Shown here: in pieces, positions 25,112 through 32,338 of the stretch
Layout: each line of letters begins with the position of its first letter
Numbering within the stretch: position 1 is the first letter of the stretch
Virus record (IMG/VR): IMGVR_UViG_3300005805_000279
Coordinates: 1-32,384 of that record
Direction: 5' to 3' (one strand)
Length of the DNA: 32,384 nucleotides
Source of the DNA: a virus
Lineage: Duplodnaviria > Caudoviricetes
The notes under the pieces: model-generated
Database searches by the model: none
What the model was told of the DNA's origin: nothing
Seen by the model: only the letters and a program-made list of their open reading frames with translations
Made by a program: the position numbers and the translations under genes

Positions 25112-27064
25112 TTAAGCCTCTGGACTTGTTGCTAATGTCTCCTCTATGTTTGGTAATGGAGCAGAACCTGCTTGTAGCGATAATTGTTGTGCTTCAGCAG
25201 GGGCAAGCATAGCGCCAAGTTCTGGTGCTGGTAGATTTGGAATAACTGGTGAAGGCGCTTCAAGGGCATCTAATTCGCGGATGTATTGACGAATAAGTTC
25301 TAATTTTTCTTCACCCTCTTCCAGTTTTTTACCAAGAGCGTAGTATTGTAGGGCTAACTTACGGGCAAGTAGTAAATTATCTTGTGGTTCTGGAGCGGTG
25401 TAAACACTCTCTTCTAACATTTTCTCAAAAACCATTTTAAGGTATTCGTCCTGCGCTGTTGTTAGCAATTGGGCTTCTTGGATGTCGGGGAAGTTTAATA
25501 ATTCGCGTTGTTCATTAACATCTATTAGCCCGCGTTGGACTAACTCATCAATTGCTTGAATTCTACCAGCAACATCGTTTGGTAAGGATGAAGCAGGGAA
25601 AACACCAATGGTGTAATCTTCTTCATTTACTTTTATTGCTTTTAGATCAATTTTATTTAGTGATTTAGGTGATTGATGATTTACTGGATAATGACCAGCA
25701 TTGCTTTCAGCAATCCGTGTAGCACACTTCATAGCAACGCGAGCAGTGTTAACAAAGAAATTCTCAAAGTCCATAGAGAAATGTGTAAAGCGTTCGGTTT
25801 CTATGTCGTTTAGTTCGCGTAGGGCAACTGCTGCCGTAATGCCGCTTGGTTTGACGGATGCAGCACTTAGTTGTGAGATGCCGCTAATTTGATAACCGCG
25901 TTGAACGAGGCGGTCTATTTGGGCATAAAACTCTGGTGGTAAGATTGGTGGCGTGATGTAGGTAGGTGGAGCACCAACATAGCGCACAACGGTTCCTATT
26001 GCGTTATTGAGGCTTTCCTGTGGCACTTGTGAACCAGCAGCAAGCAAGATTTTAAATGAACCAGCAAGGTGATAGGAGCGTTGTAAGACAGCAAGTAATT
26101 TGTTTAGTTCCAATTGTGTTGGTTTAATTTGTTCTGCAAGGCTTTGGCTCCAGTAGCCTGTAAAAGCGGAGGTCCAAGATAGGCGCACAATTGGGAAGTC
26201 GCTGCTTGTCCATGCGCTTTCGCTTAGGAGGCAGTTAGGCACAGCAACGATGTGGCGACCATCCCCACTTTCACTGCTTGACGGCAAACGCCATGCTTCA
26301 AGCACTTCTATTTGGTCTGTAATGTTGCTGGTTTGGTGGATGTCTACAGTAAACAATTGGGATGAAGCAGCAATCTTTTCCCGTTTGTCTGGAAACGCTT
26401 CCATTAATTGTCCACGATCAACTAACTTAATGCGATACATGTGGGTTGGAGTGCTACCCATGCACTCATTTTCATCAACAAGAATTTCGTAGGGTAAAAC
26501 ACGCTCCATCCTGACACGGGCATCAGCATCCTCATAAATGTGTAGGAAACCATCACCAAACACAAGCGCATCGCGTAGGATAAGGCGTGATAGTGGATAA
26601 ATGCTGTTTTCAGCAAAGATGCCGTCTGCAAAATAGGAAAGTTTTTTACTTGCTGCTTGAGCACGAAATCCACCAAGGGTTGTTAAGAATTTAACACGGG
26701 GACGGATTTTAGACATTTTTGCTACAAGTGTGTCGCAGCAACTTTGAACGAGATTAAATGATAAGCGATCTGGAACAGTTAGGCTGTTGTTGTAGTAGGC
26801 ATTGTTGTAGGTTTTGTAGTAATTTAAAAAATTGTCTGTAATGCCATAGAGGCGGCTATCAACACGGTAGCGACCAATGCGGTTTTGTAGATCGGGTGAA
26901 AGCATGCCGATCATTTGCTTGACGCTTTCTAAAACAGCGTATTCGCCATCCATCTTCCACCAAACAGCAGCAGGATTATAATCTTGTGTTTCGTTTGTGT
27001 TTGTGCGAAGTGCTGCGTCACCACTACGGGTGCGGAAACTTTTAAATTCTATGCTTTGTGGCAT
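25112..27064 (-). CDS. Portal protein
   Basis: 650 aa after terL; FNLVQSCCDTLVAK...DALVFGDG...MERVLPYEILVD...SLAEQIKPTQLELNK...ISGISQLS. Confidence 0.88.
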   Translation of the reverse strand: MPQSIEFKSFRTRSGDAALRTNTNETQDYNPAAVWWKMDGEYAVLESVKQMIGMLSPDLQNRIGRYRVDSRLYGITDNFLNYYKTYNNAYYNNSLTVPDRLSFNLVQSCCDTLVAKMSKIRPRVKFLTTLGGFRAQAASKKLSYFADGIFAENSIYPLSRLILRDALVFGDGFLHIYEDADARVRMERVLPYEILVDENECMGSTPTHMYRIKLVDRGQLMEAFPDKREKIAASSQLFTVDIHQTSNITDQIEVLEAWRLPSSSESGDGRHIVAVPNCLLSESAWTSSDFPIVRLSWTSAFTGYWSQSLAEQIKPTQLELNKLLAVLQRSYHLAGSFKILLAAGSQVPQESLNNAIGTVVRYVGAPPTYITPPILPPEFYAQIDRLVQRGYQISGISQLSAASVKPSGITAAVALRELNDIETERFTHFSMDFENFFVNTARVAMKCATRIAESNAGHYPVNHQSPKSLNKIDLKAIKVNEEDYTIGVFPASSLPNDVAGRIQAIDELVQRGLIDVNEQRELLNFPDIQEAQLLTTAQDEYLKMVFEKMLEESVYTAPEPQDNLLLARKLALQYYALGKKLEEGEEKLELIRQYIRELDALEAPSPVIPNLPAPELGAMLAPAEAQQLSLQAGSAPLPNIEETLATSPEA

Positions 27065-27336
27065 TAGTTTATGACCTCATTGTTAATTGGTAAGCAGCCG
27101 TGAAGACATAAACCATCATCATTAACATCTGTGTATGGGTGTCCGCATGGTGCTAAACTTTCTACTGGACTTTCATTTGGTGGTGTGGTAATCTCACGGG
27201 CTGTGAGTGCTGGTGCTGGACCAAGAGAAAAAGAAAAAGCACCATTGCTAATGCTGCTAATGCCCCACTCACGCATTGTAGGGATCAACATTTCTAATGG
27301 TAGTGCCATCAACTCTGCTAATTTCATGTTATTCAT
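27064..27336 (-). CDS. Small hypothetical protein with Cys/His cluster (start may be 27327)
   Basis: PCGH...CLHGC possible Zn site; translationally coupled to the portal gene. Confidence 0.6.
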   Translation of the reverse strand: MNNMKLAELMALPLEMLIPTMREWGISSISNGAFSFSLGPAPALTAREITTPPNESPVESLAPCGHPYTDVNDDGLCLHGCLPINNEVIN

Positions 27337-27347
27337 CCCCTAATTAG

Positions 27348-28838
27348 TTAATAAAAAAGGTATTCGCTGCCTTCAAATGCTTCTTCACGCAACCTTTTAC
27401 CCTCTTCCAGATCCCGTGCCCATGCTTCTGCCTCACGACGGGCAAGGATTTCATGTGGTAAACCTTGTGGATTTGGTTGATGTGCGTAGGCATAAGTAAA
27501 ACGGTAGCCATAAAGAGCAGCATCACAAAGATCACCGTGGAAAGCACCCTCACGATAAAGATTTTTTTCTAATGCTCGCTTGTCCCAAACAAGTTGATCC
27601 CACTCATCAATTAAATCTTTACAGCCCACACGGTCAACGCGGATCTTACCACTAATAAAATCGGAGTTCATAATGCGAATAAAAGAAACTTTATCACTCT
27701 TCTCAGCCGCTTGTAGTGGTAGCGCATGGTGTTTAACCATTTCTTGAACTGCTTGTTTGTTGGCACCATCAACAACCATTGCTTCAAATGGGTAATAACC
27801 GTTCCACTCCTTGATCCAATCGGCAACTTCGCTGATTGTTTTACCAACACGCTTCTCACCACGAAGGATGTAAACGCATGGATCATAATCATGGTAGGCA
27901 AGCACAACAAGTGCTGTGGCATCCGCAAAGCCTAAATCTATGCCGAGTGTGTAATGATAGGGCGACCGTTGTTCTGGAAGACGCCCATCCCAACCATTGC
28001 GTTCGGCACTATAACGATAAATCTTTGCGCTATCGTCAATAGTCCATTTGCCGAGGTAATGCTGTTGGAACCACGGCTGTTCGTCAACATGTGGATCATC
28101 AACACGCAACTTGTTAATTGTTTCTTCCCATTGCTTACAAGTAAAAGGATTATCCCATGTGCTCCATGTGTGGATGCTCCAACCCTGACGATCTGTTCGT
28201 GTAGGTGGTTGGCAGGGAACATCGCGTGTTAGATCATAAAATAATCCACGCTTTAGGTTATCTGGCGTGCCTATCAGGCAGCATGTGCCGCCCAAGTCGG
28301 CAAGTGCTGGTAATAAGATTTTATAAACAAGATTGTGTAGATCTATGGTGTAGGATGCTGCTTCGTCAATAACAGCAAGGGCAAATTTCTTACCAAGTAA
28401 TTTATCTACTTCACTATCGCTATCATTAACACCAAGAACATAGATAATACTACCATTAGGCAGCGTGGCTGTCAACTCTGTTTCGTTCCACTTGACGCCT
28501 TCTATCTTATGTTTTTTAACTATGCTCTTTAGAACATCGTTCCAGACAATGCGCTTGGCTGTGTCGCGTGTTAGACCTAAATAAACGCTGCTGGTGTTTG
28601 GACGGTCAAGAGCAGTTTTTAGCAAGTAAAGACCAGCACTATAGGTCTTAGCCATGCGGCGTGTTCCAAGTAATGCCTTTAGTCGGCATGGATCTTGGAT
28701 AAACGCAGTTTGCTGAGAGAAACTATTCTTTAAAAGATTAGGTTGGACGCTGCTTTTTAGCAAGGCATCCAACCTACTCCGTTCTTGAGGTGTTAGATAG
28801 CGTAGCGCACTACGCATCTCATCAGCATCAATCTTCAT
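27348..28838 (-). CDS. terL: Terminase large subunit
   Basis: Walker A GTRRMAKT, Walker B AVIDEA, coupling motif IGTP, RNase H nuclease LGIDLG...D and GDLCDA. Confidence 0.93.
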   Translation of the reverse strand: MKIDADEMRSALRYLTPQERSRLDALLKSSVQPNLLKNSFSQQTAFIQDPCRLKALLGTRRMAKTYSAGLYLLKTALDRPNTSSVYLGLTRDTAKRIVWNDVLKSIVKKHKIEGVKWNETELTATLPNGSIIYVLGVNDSDSEVDKLLGKKFALAVIDEAASYTIDLHNLVYKILLPALADLGGTCCLIGTPDNLKRGLFYDLTRDVPCQPPTRTDRQGWSIHTWSTWDNPFTCKQWEETINKLRVDDPHVDEQPWFQQHYLGKWTIDDSAKIYRYSAERNGWDGRLPEQRSPYHYTLGIDLGFADATALVVLAYHDYDPCVYILRGEKRVGKTISEVADWIKEWNGYYPFEAMVVDGANKQAVQEMVKHHALPLQAAEKSDKVSFIRIMNSDFISGKIRVDRVGCKDLIDEWDQLVWDKRALEKNLYREGAFHGDLCDAALYGYRFTYAYAHQPNPQGLPHEILARREAEAWARDLEEGKRLREEAFEGSEYLFY

Positions 28839-28874
28839 AACAATAAATAGAGCAGTTGCTCCAAAGAGATAAGA

Positions 28875-29345
28875 TTATTTTTTCTTACCACCTTTAATAG
28901 CCTCATGGTGTTCAATGAATTCTTTAATCATGGCGTGTTTATCTGCGGACAGCCAGCCTTCTGGAACATAGTTCCAATAAAAATCACCAAATGGAACCCA
29001 TTGCCGTTCGCCTTTCTCATCCAAGAAATCATTACAACGCAATAATCCATCTTTGCGTAGCCAACTTTTCTTTTCTTCTCTTTCCCATGTAGCATAACGG
29101 CGGCTATTCTTGCGAACATTAAAAATAAATTCCTCTACTGCGAATAAAACAGTGCCAGCCAATTCATCAATAGCAAGCACTTCTAAAAACTGGAGATTAT
29201 CAGAATTAAGATTAAGACCGCCGCTGTAATAACCACCAATTGGTGTTCGCTCAAGATGCTTTGCGCCGCGCTCAACAAACCGCATACCAACTTCTAACTT
29301 ACCGTCCCAACCGCCATACTCTGCCCTAATTTGTGCTTTATCCAT
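28875..29345 (-). CDS. Hypothetical early protein (156 aa)
   Basis: Start at ATG 29345 (MDKAQIRAEY) after RBS aggagaa; Trp/charged-rich. Confidence 0.7.
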   Translation of the reverse strand: MDKAQIRAEYGGWDGKLEVGMRFVERGAKHLERTPIGGYYSGGLNLNSDNLQFLEVLAIDELAGTVLFAVEEFIFNVRKNSRRYATWEREEKKSWLRKDGLLRCNDFLDEKGERQWVPFGDFYWNYVPEGWLSADKHAMIKEFIEHHEAIKGGKKK

Positions 29346-29374
29346 TTGTGTTCTCCTGCCACCTGCCGTGGCGT

Positions 29375-29674
29375 TTAATAAACCAGTAATGTTTCCTTTA
29401 TCCATTTTGGTAGTGCCTTGTAGGTCTTACCATCAGCACGCCAGACACCGCCATAGCGTCTGCGTAGCCCTTCGCATAGATGAATAAAAGAATTGCTTAC
29501 AATTTCTTCCTCTACTCCTTCAGCAAACTTGTAAAGAATTTTCTTTTTGCCTTGGACACGGAGGTTCTGGACGACAGCCCAACAGCCATCTGCCCCTTGG
29601 TCACACTCTATTGTGTTGTCCATAAGGTCAATAAAAATCGTGTCAGCCAGTAGGTCTATTTGTGTGCCTGTCAT
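29375..29674 (-). CDS. Hypothetical early protein (99 aa)
   Basis: RBS gaggag; own sigma70-type promoter at 29699-29727. Confidence 0.7.
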   Translation of the reverse strand: MTGTQIDLLADTIFIDLMDNTIECDQGADGCWAVVQNLRVQGKKKILYKFAEGVEEEIVSNSFIHLCEGLRRRYGGVWRADGKTYKALPKWIKETLLVY

Positions 29675-29698
29675 CCGCTCTCCTCACTTTCTACTACT

Positions 29699-29727
29699 AT
29701 TCTACCACCAATGCCCTTGCGTGTCAA
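29699..29727 (-). promoter_or_regulatory. Sigma70-type promoter TTGACA-17-TAGAAT
   Basis: Near-consensus boxes with exact 17-bp spacing. Confidence 0.75.
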
Positions 29728-29773
29728 GCGACAAAGGGTTTCAGCCATTGTGGCTTACCGCCCCTATTCGCTT
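29726..29773 (-). repeat. 3' hairpin repeat, copy 1 (loop-E-like internal loop)
   Basis: AAGCGA AUAGGG GCGGUA AGCCA-CAA-UGGCU GAAA CCCUUUG UCGCUU. Confidence 0.65.
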
Positions 29774-30230
29774 ATTTAGCCTCGCTTAGTCCTTGGATTA
29801 TTAGTGCTTCTTTTTTATAATAGAGCGTTGTGCGCCGTCCGCTTGCTAAGTGTAATAGGTTTATTGCTAAGGCTTTATAACTATCAAAGTTTAACACGCC
29901 GCTTAGGCTGCCGTCGCGCTCATAACTACCCTGAAACAAGAAAACATTTTCTTTACCGTTATGGGTGAGTGGTGATAAAGCGCAGGCGTTGCCGTGAGGT
30001 TGTGCGTCACTACCAGACCGACACCATTTACGATAGTGGTGTGGAGACATTTTTACGAGTGTCCCTGCTGGTAGTTTATCCTCTAACAAGTTGCCTACGA
30101 AATAGGCGGCGTGGAGCCTGCCTGTGTAGTGTAAACCGTGTGTTGCGGCTATGCTCTTTATTGCCCTATCTATGTCGTCTTGTAGTGCTTGATTACTTGT
30201 AAAAAACTTTATCCAACCGTTGTGCGCCAT
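29772..30230 (-). CDS. Hypothetical early protein (152 aa)
   Basis: Start at ATG 30230 (MAHNGW) after RBS aggagaa and a stem-loop. Confidence 0.7.
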   Translation of the reverse strand: MAHNGWIKFFTSNQALQDDIDRAIKSIAATHGLHYTGRLHAAYFVGNLLEDKLPAGTLVKMSPHHYRKWCRSGSDAQPHGNACALSPLTHNGKENVFLFQGSYERDGSLSGVLNFDSYKALAINLLHLASGRRTTLYYKKEALIIQGLSEAK

Positions 30231-30232
30231 CT

Positions 30233-30320
30233 TGTTCTCCTGCGGGCTGCTAAACCCGTTCATCAACTTACAAGAACAGTTTACTACAGTTTTTTACTTT
30301 TGTAAAGCACTTTCTTTTAC
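30233..30320 (-). repeat. Promoter + stem-loop + RBS repeat, copy 1 (TTTACA-17-TAAACT at 30278-30306)
   Basis: Highly similar to 30950-31035. Confidence 0.8.
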
Positions 30321-30374
30321 GGATGAGTAAGATTTTTTTCTGCGTCTATCGCGGCACTCTTCTCCATCCTAAGC

Positions 30375-30403
30375 ATAGTAGCACGGTGCTGTCTGCGAGT
30401 CAA
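30375..30403 (-). promoter_or_regulatory. Sigma70-type promoter TTGACT-17-TACTAT
   Basis: 17-bp spacing; sits in the same position relative to the 3' hairpin as the 29699 promoter. Confidence 0.6.
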
Positions 30404-30450
30404 GCGTGAAGGGGTTTCAGCCGTGACGGCTTACTCCCCCCACTTCGCTT
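30402..30450 (-). repeat. 3' hairpin repeat, copy 2 (loop-E-like internal loop)
   Basis: AAGCG AAGUG GGGG GAGUA AGCCG-UCA-CGGCU GAAA CCCC UUCA CGCUU. Confidence 0.65.
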
Positions 30451-30452
30451 AT

Positions 30453-30944
30453 TTACGCAACCTTTTCCCAATAATGATGTTGTCCTTCTTCCCAACGAAC
30501 CGTACCGCCTGTCAGTTTACCATTTACATGAACAAGGCGGTCAGGCGCTTCCCACTTACTCCAGTTGCTACAGCCAATAAATTTTTTAAATCTTTCTGGA
30601 TTGGGGTGTTCTTCCTTCCACCATTGGTCATCCTCATCCCACTCTTTTCTATCATAGAGGGAGATGCGAGGTTCTGGATCTGGTGTCCAGTCCATGTCTT
30701 GTGCGGGGATGAGTAGTCGTCTCTCCCCATCATTTTCTAAACACTGGAGTAGGGAATAATTTCTTTTGCTGTAGTAGCCATAATCGGCAGGGTTGAAGCC
30801 GTGACCTTTTATTACTTTAGAACTCAATTTGCCTTCAGCCAACACCAGCCAGTTCTTTTCACAAATGGTGTTCATTACTACAAACTGTTCTTTTTTTTCT
30901 TTTACTGTTTGTTTCCAGATGTCGCCAACTTTTATTTTTACCAT
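30453..30944 (-). CDS. Hypothetical early protein (163 aa, Trp-rich)
   Basis: RBS aaggagaa; starts IKVGDIWK (KOW/SH3-like start). Confidence 0.7.
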   Translation of the reverse strand: MVKIKVGDIWKQTVKEKKEQFVVMNTICEKNWLVLAEGKLSSKVIKGHGFNPADYGYYSKRNYSLLQCLENDGERRLLIPAQDMDWTPDPEPRISLYDRKEWDEDDQWWKEEHPNPERFKKFIGCSNWSKWEAPDRLVHVNGKLTGGTVRWEEGQHHYWEKVA

Positions 30945-30949
30945 CGTGC

Positions 30950-31035
30950 GTTCTCCTTGGGGCTGCTAATCCCCTCATCAACTTACAAAGACAGTTTACT
31001 ACACTTTTTTACTCTTGTAAAGGACTTTCTTTTAC
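30950..31035 (-). repeat. Promoter + stem-loop + RBS repeat, copy 2 (TTTACA-17-TAAACT at 30993-31021)
   Basis: Highly similar to 30233-30320. Confidence 0.8.
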
Positions 31036-31087
31036 TTCCTCCCTGTTGTTGCTCCAGTAGGCTGTTTACCTCACGAGCAGTGGTTCA

Positions 31088-31212
31088 ATGGTAGCATGCT
31101 TTTTTTTCTTTGTAAAGACAACCCCCCCCCTATGTTGTAGGGGTGCCCCTTGCGTTCTACGCGCATAGACACCCCCATCTTACATTGTAGGGGGGTTTTT
31201 TTTCTTTGTAAA
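31088..31212 (-). promoter_or_regulatory. Two further tandem sigma70-type promoters (TTTACA-17-TACCAT 31088-31116; TTTACA-17-TACAAT 31184-31212)
   Basis: Both share CTTTACAAAGAAAAAAAA and exact 17-bp spacers. Confidence 0.65.
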
Positions 31213-31231
31213 GGGGTTTTTTTACTTTTAC

Positions 31232-31273
31232 CTATGACAGGATTGTCATAGTAGGTGTGACATCCATGTCATA
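31232..31273. promoter_or_regulatory. Tandem palindromic operators TGACA-N4-TGTCA
   Basis: ctatgaca-ggat-tgtcatag (31232-31251) and tgtgaca-tcca-tgtcata (31256-31273), centres 23 bp apart. Confidence 0.6.
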
Positions 31274-31287
31274 GGGATAGGCGTGCG

Positions 31288-31303
31288 TTGGCACACTTCT
31301 TGC
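31288..31303 (+). promoter_or_regulatory. Sigma54 (RpoN) -24/-12 site
   Basis: TTGGCACACTTCTTGC matches YTGGCAC-N5-TTGC with GG-N10-GC spacing. Confidence 0.55.
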
Positions 31304-31372
31304 GGGATGGTAAAAGTGAACGCTGTTCACTATTTTTTTTTACTTTTACACTATTTTTTCCTAACAAAACGC

Positions 31373-31401
31373 TTTACAAGAGTAAAAAAATCGTGTAAAC
31401 T
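31373..31401 (+). promoter_or_regulatory. Rightward sigma70-type promoter TTTACA-17-TAAACT (inverted third copy of the early promoter)
   Basis: ctttacaagagtaaaaaaa...gtaaactg matches the minus-strand copy at 30993-31021. Confidence 0.6.
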
Positions 31402-31439
31402 GGAGAAAAGCCCCTCTGTCCACCCCTTATTTTTTTAGC

Positions 31440-32018
31440 CTACCCCTCCCCATCGGGTTCATCCCCCCCGTTCTTCATCGCCCTTTCTAACCCCACCTGA
31501 ATAATCTCAGCAACCTGTCTATCCCTGTCCTCCTCACGCATCACATTTATCTGTATTTTAGGGGCATCGGAGTGTAGATTGGCTGCTTTGCTTAGGATTT
31601 CAAGAGCACGCACACGACCATCTAATTTGTATTTTGTTGTGTTGCCACGAACTTCAAATTCTGTAATAGCCATCCTCAAGCCACGCGGTAATGCGGGTAT
31701 CGGCAAGGGTTTCCCTGTTGCGGGATCAAATGCCATCCCGACATCTGCGAAAGCAACAAGGAATAAATTTTCTATTGTTTTGTTTGTGACCTGATCTAAT
31801 GATTGGTTAAAACCAAGACGGTTGGTTATAAGATAGGCATAGCGTTTCTTTAGCACACTGCTCTTGCCCTTGGCTGTTGCTTTGCTTGCTGTTGGAAATG
31901 CTAACTGGTAGGCTTCTGTTGGTCCATGCCCTGCTATTACATTATTGATAAACTGCTTGTGACTATCTGGAATAGTTTCTGGATCTATGTTGCTTGGATC
32001 AAGTTTTTTTCTTCCCAT
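31440..32018 (-). CDS. terS: Terminase small subunit
   Basis: N-terminal HTH KQFINNVIAGHGPTEAYQLAF; AFADVGMAFD..GKPLPIPALP...AITEFEV...KYKLDGRVRALEILSK is typical of small terminases; RBS ggagga. Confidence 0.8.
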   Translation of the reverse strand: MGRKKLDPSNIDPETIPDSHKQFINNVIAGHGPTEAYQLAFPTASKATAKGKSSVLKKRYAYLITNRLGFNQSLDQVTNKTIENLFLVAFADVGMAFDPATGKPLPIPALPRGLRMAITEFEVRGNTTKYKLDGRVRALEILSKAANLHSDAPKIQINVMREEDRDRQVAEIIQVGLERAMKNGGDEPDGEG

Positions 32019-32038
32019 CCTTTTGCTCCTCCGCTACG

Positions 32039-32338
32039 CTATTCCAGTTGTAGCAATTTTATTTTGTCGTTCGGCACCCAATAGGTTGAACCTTCGCCTG
32101 TTTTTATTAGTATGCCGCCGCCCTCAAAGTTGATGCTTACAACAAGTGCTTCTACTTTTACATCTTTTATTTCTTCCCCCCGCGTTAGTAGCACAGCACG
32201 ATAGGTTGGTGGTGGGATTACGGTGCTTAGTTCTGCACGGACTATTTTCTTCTCTGCGGTTAGAAACGGGGTTAAACCTACCATCTTTGCTGGTTCTTCT
32301 ATTGCGCTGTTTAGTTTTTTGCTTTTTGGATTACTCAT
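32039..32338 (-). CDS. Hypothetical protein (99 aa), small beta-rich domain
   Basis: Start overlaps the GNAT stop across the circular join; RBS aaggga; ends YWVPNDKIKLLQLE. Confidence 0.7.
   Translation of the reverse strand: MSNPKSKKLNSAIEEPAKMVGLTPFLTAEKKIVRAELSTVIPPPTYRAVLLTRGEEIKDVKVEALVVSINFEGGGILIKTGEGSTYWVPNDKIKLLQLE

Noticed and set aside
5870-28232. Numerous 60-128 aa plus-strand or alternative-frame ORFs inside structural genes
   Set aside because: Shadows of long, well-supported minus-strand genes; no RBS or motifs.
29726-30450. Hammerhead ribozyme reading of the stem-GAAA repeats
   Set aside because: The CUGANGA core and third stem are absent.
29690-31035. CRISPR array or integron attC array
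   Set aside because: Only two copies of each repeat, separated by whole genes; no cas or integrase gene; no attC RYYYAAC/GTTRRRY ends.
31315-31331. LexA box
   Set aside because: GAAC-N3-GTTC spacing does not match the N4 (Gram-positive/Myxococcus-type) box; kept only as an unassigned palindrome.
31307-31438. 43-aa plus-strand ORF behind the sigma54 site
   Set aside because: The ATG lies before the expected transcription start, there is no RBS, and the T-run-derived sequence is low complexity.
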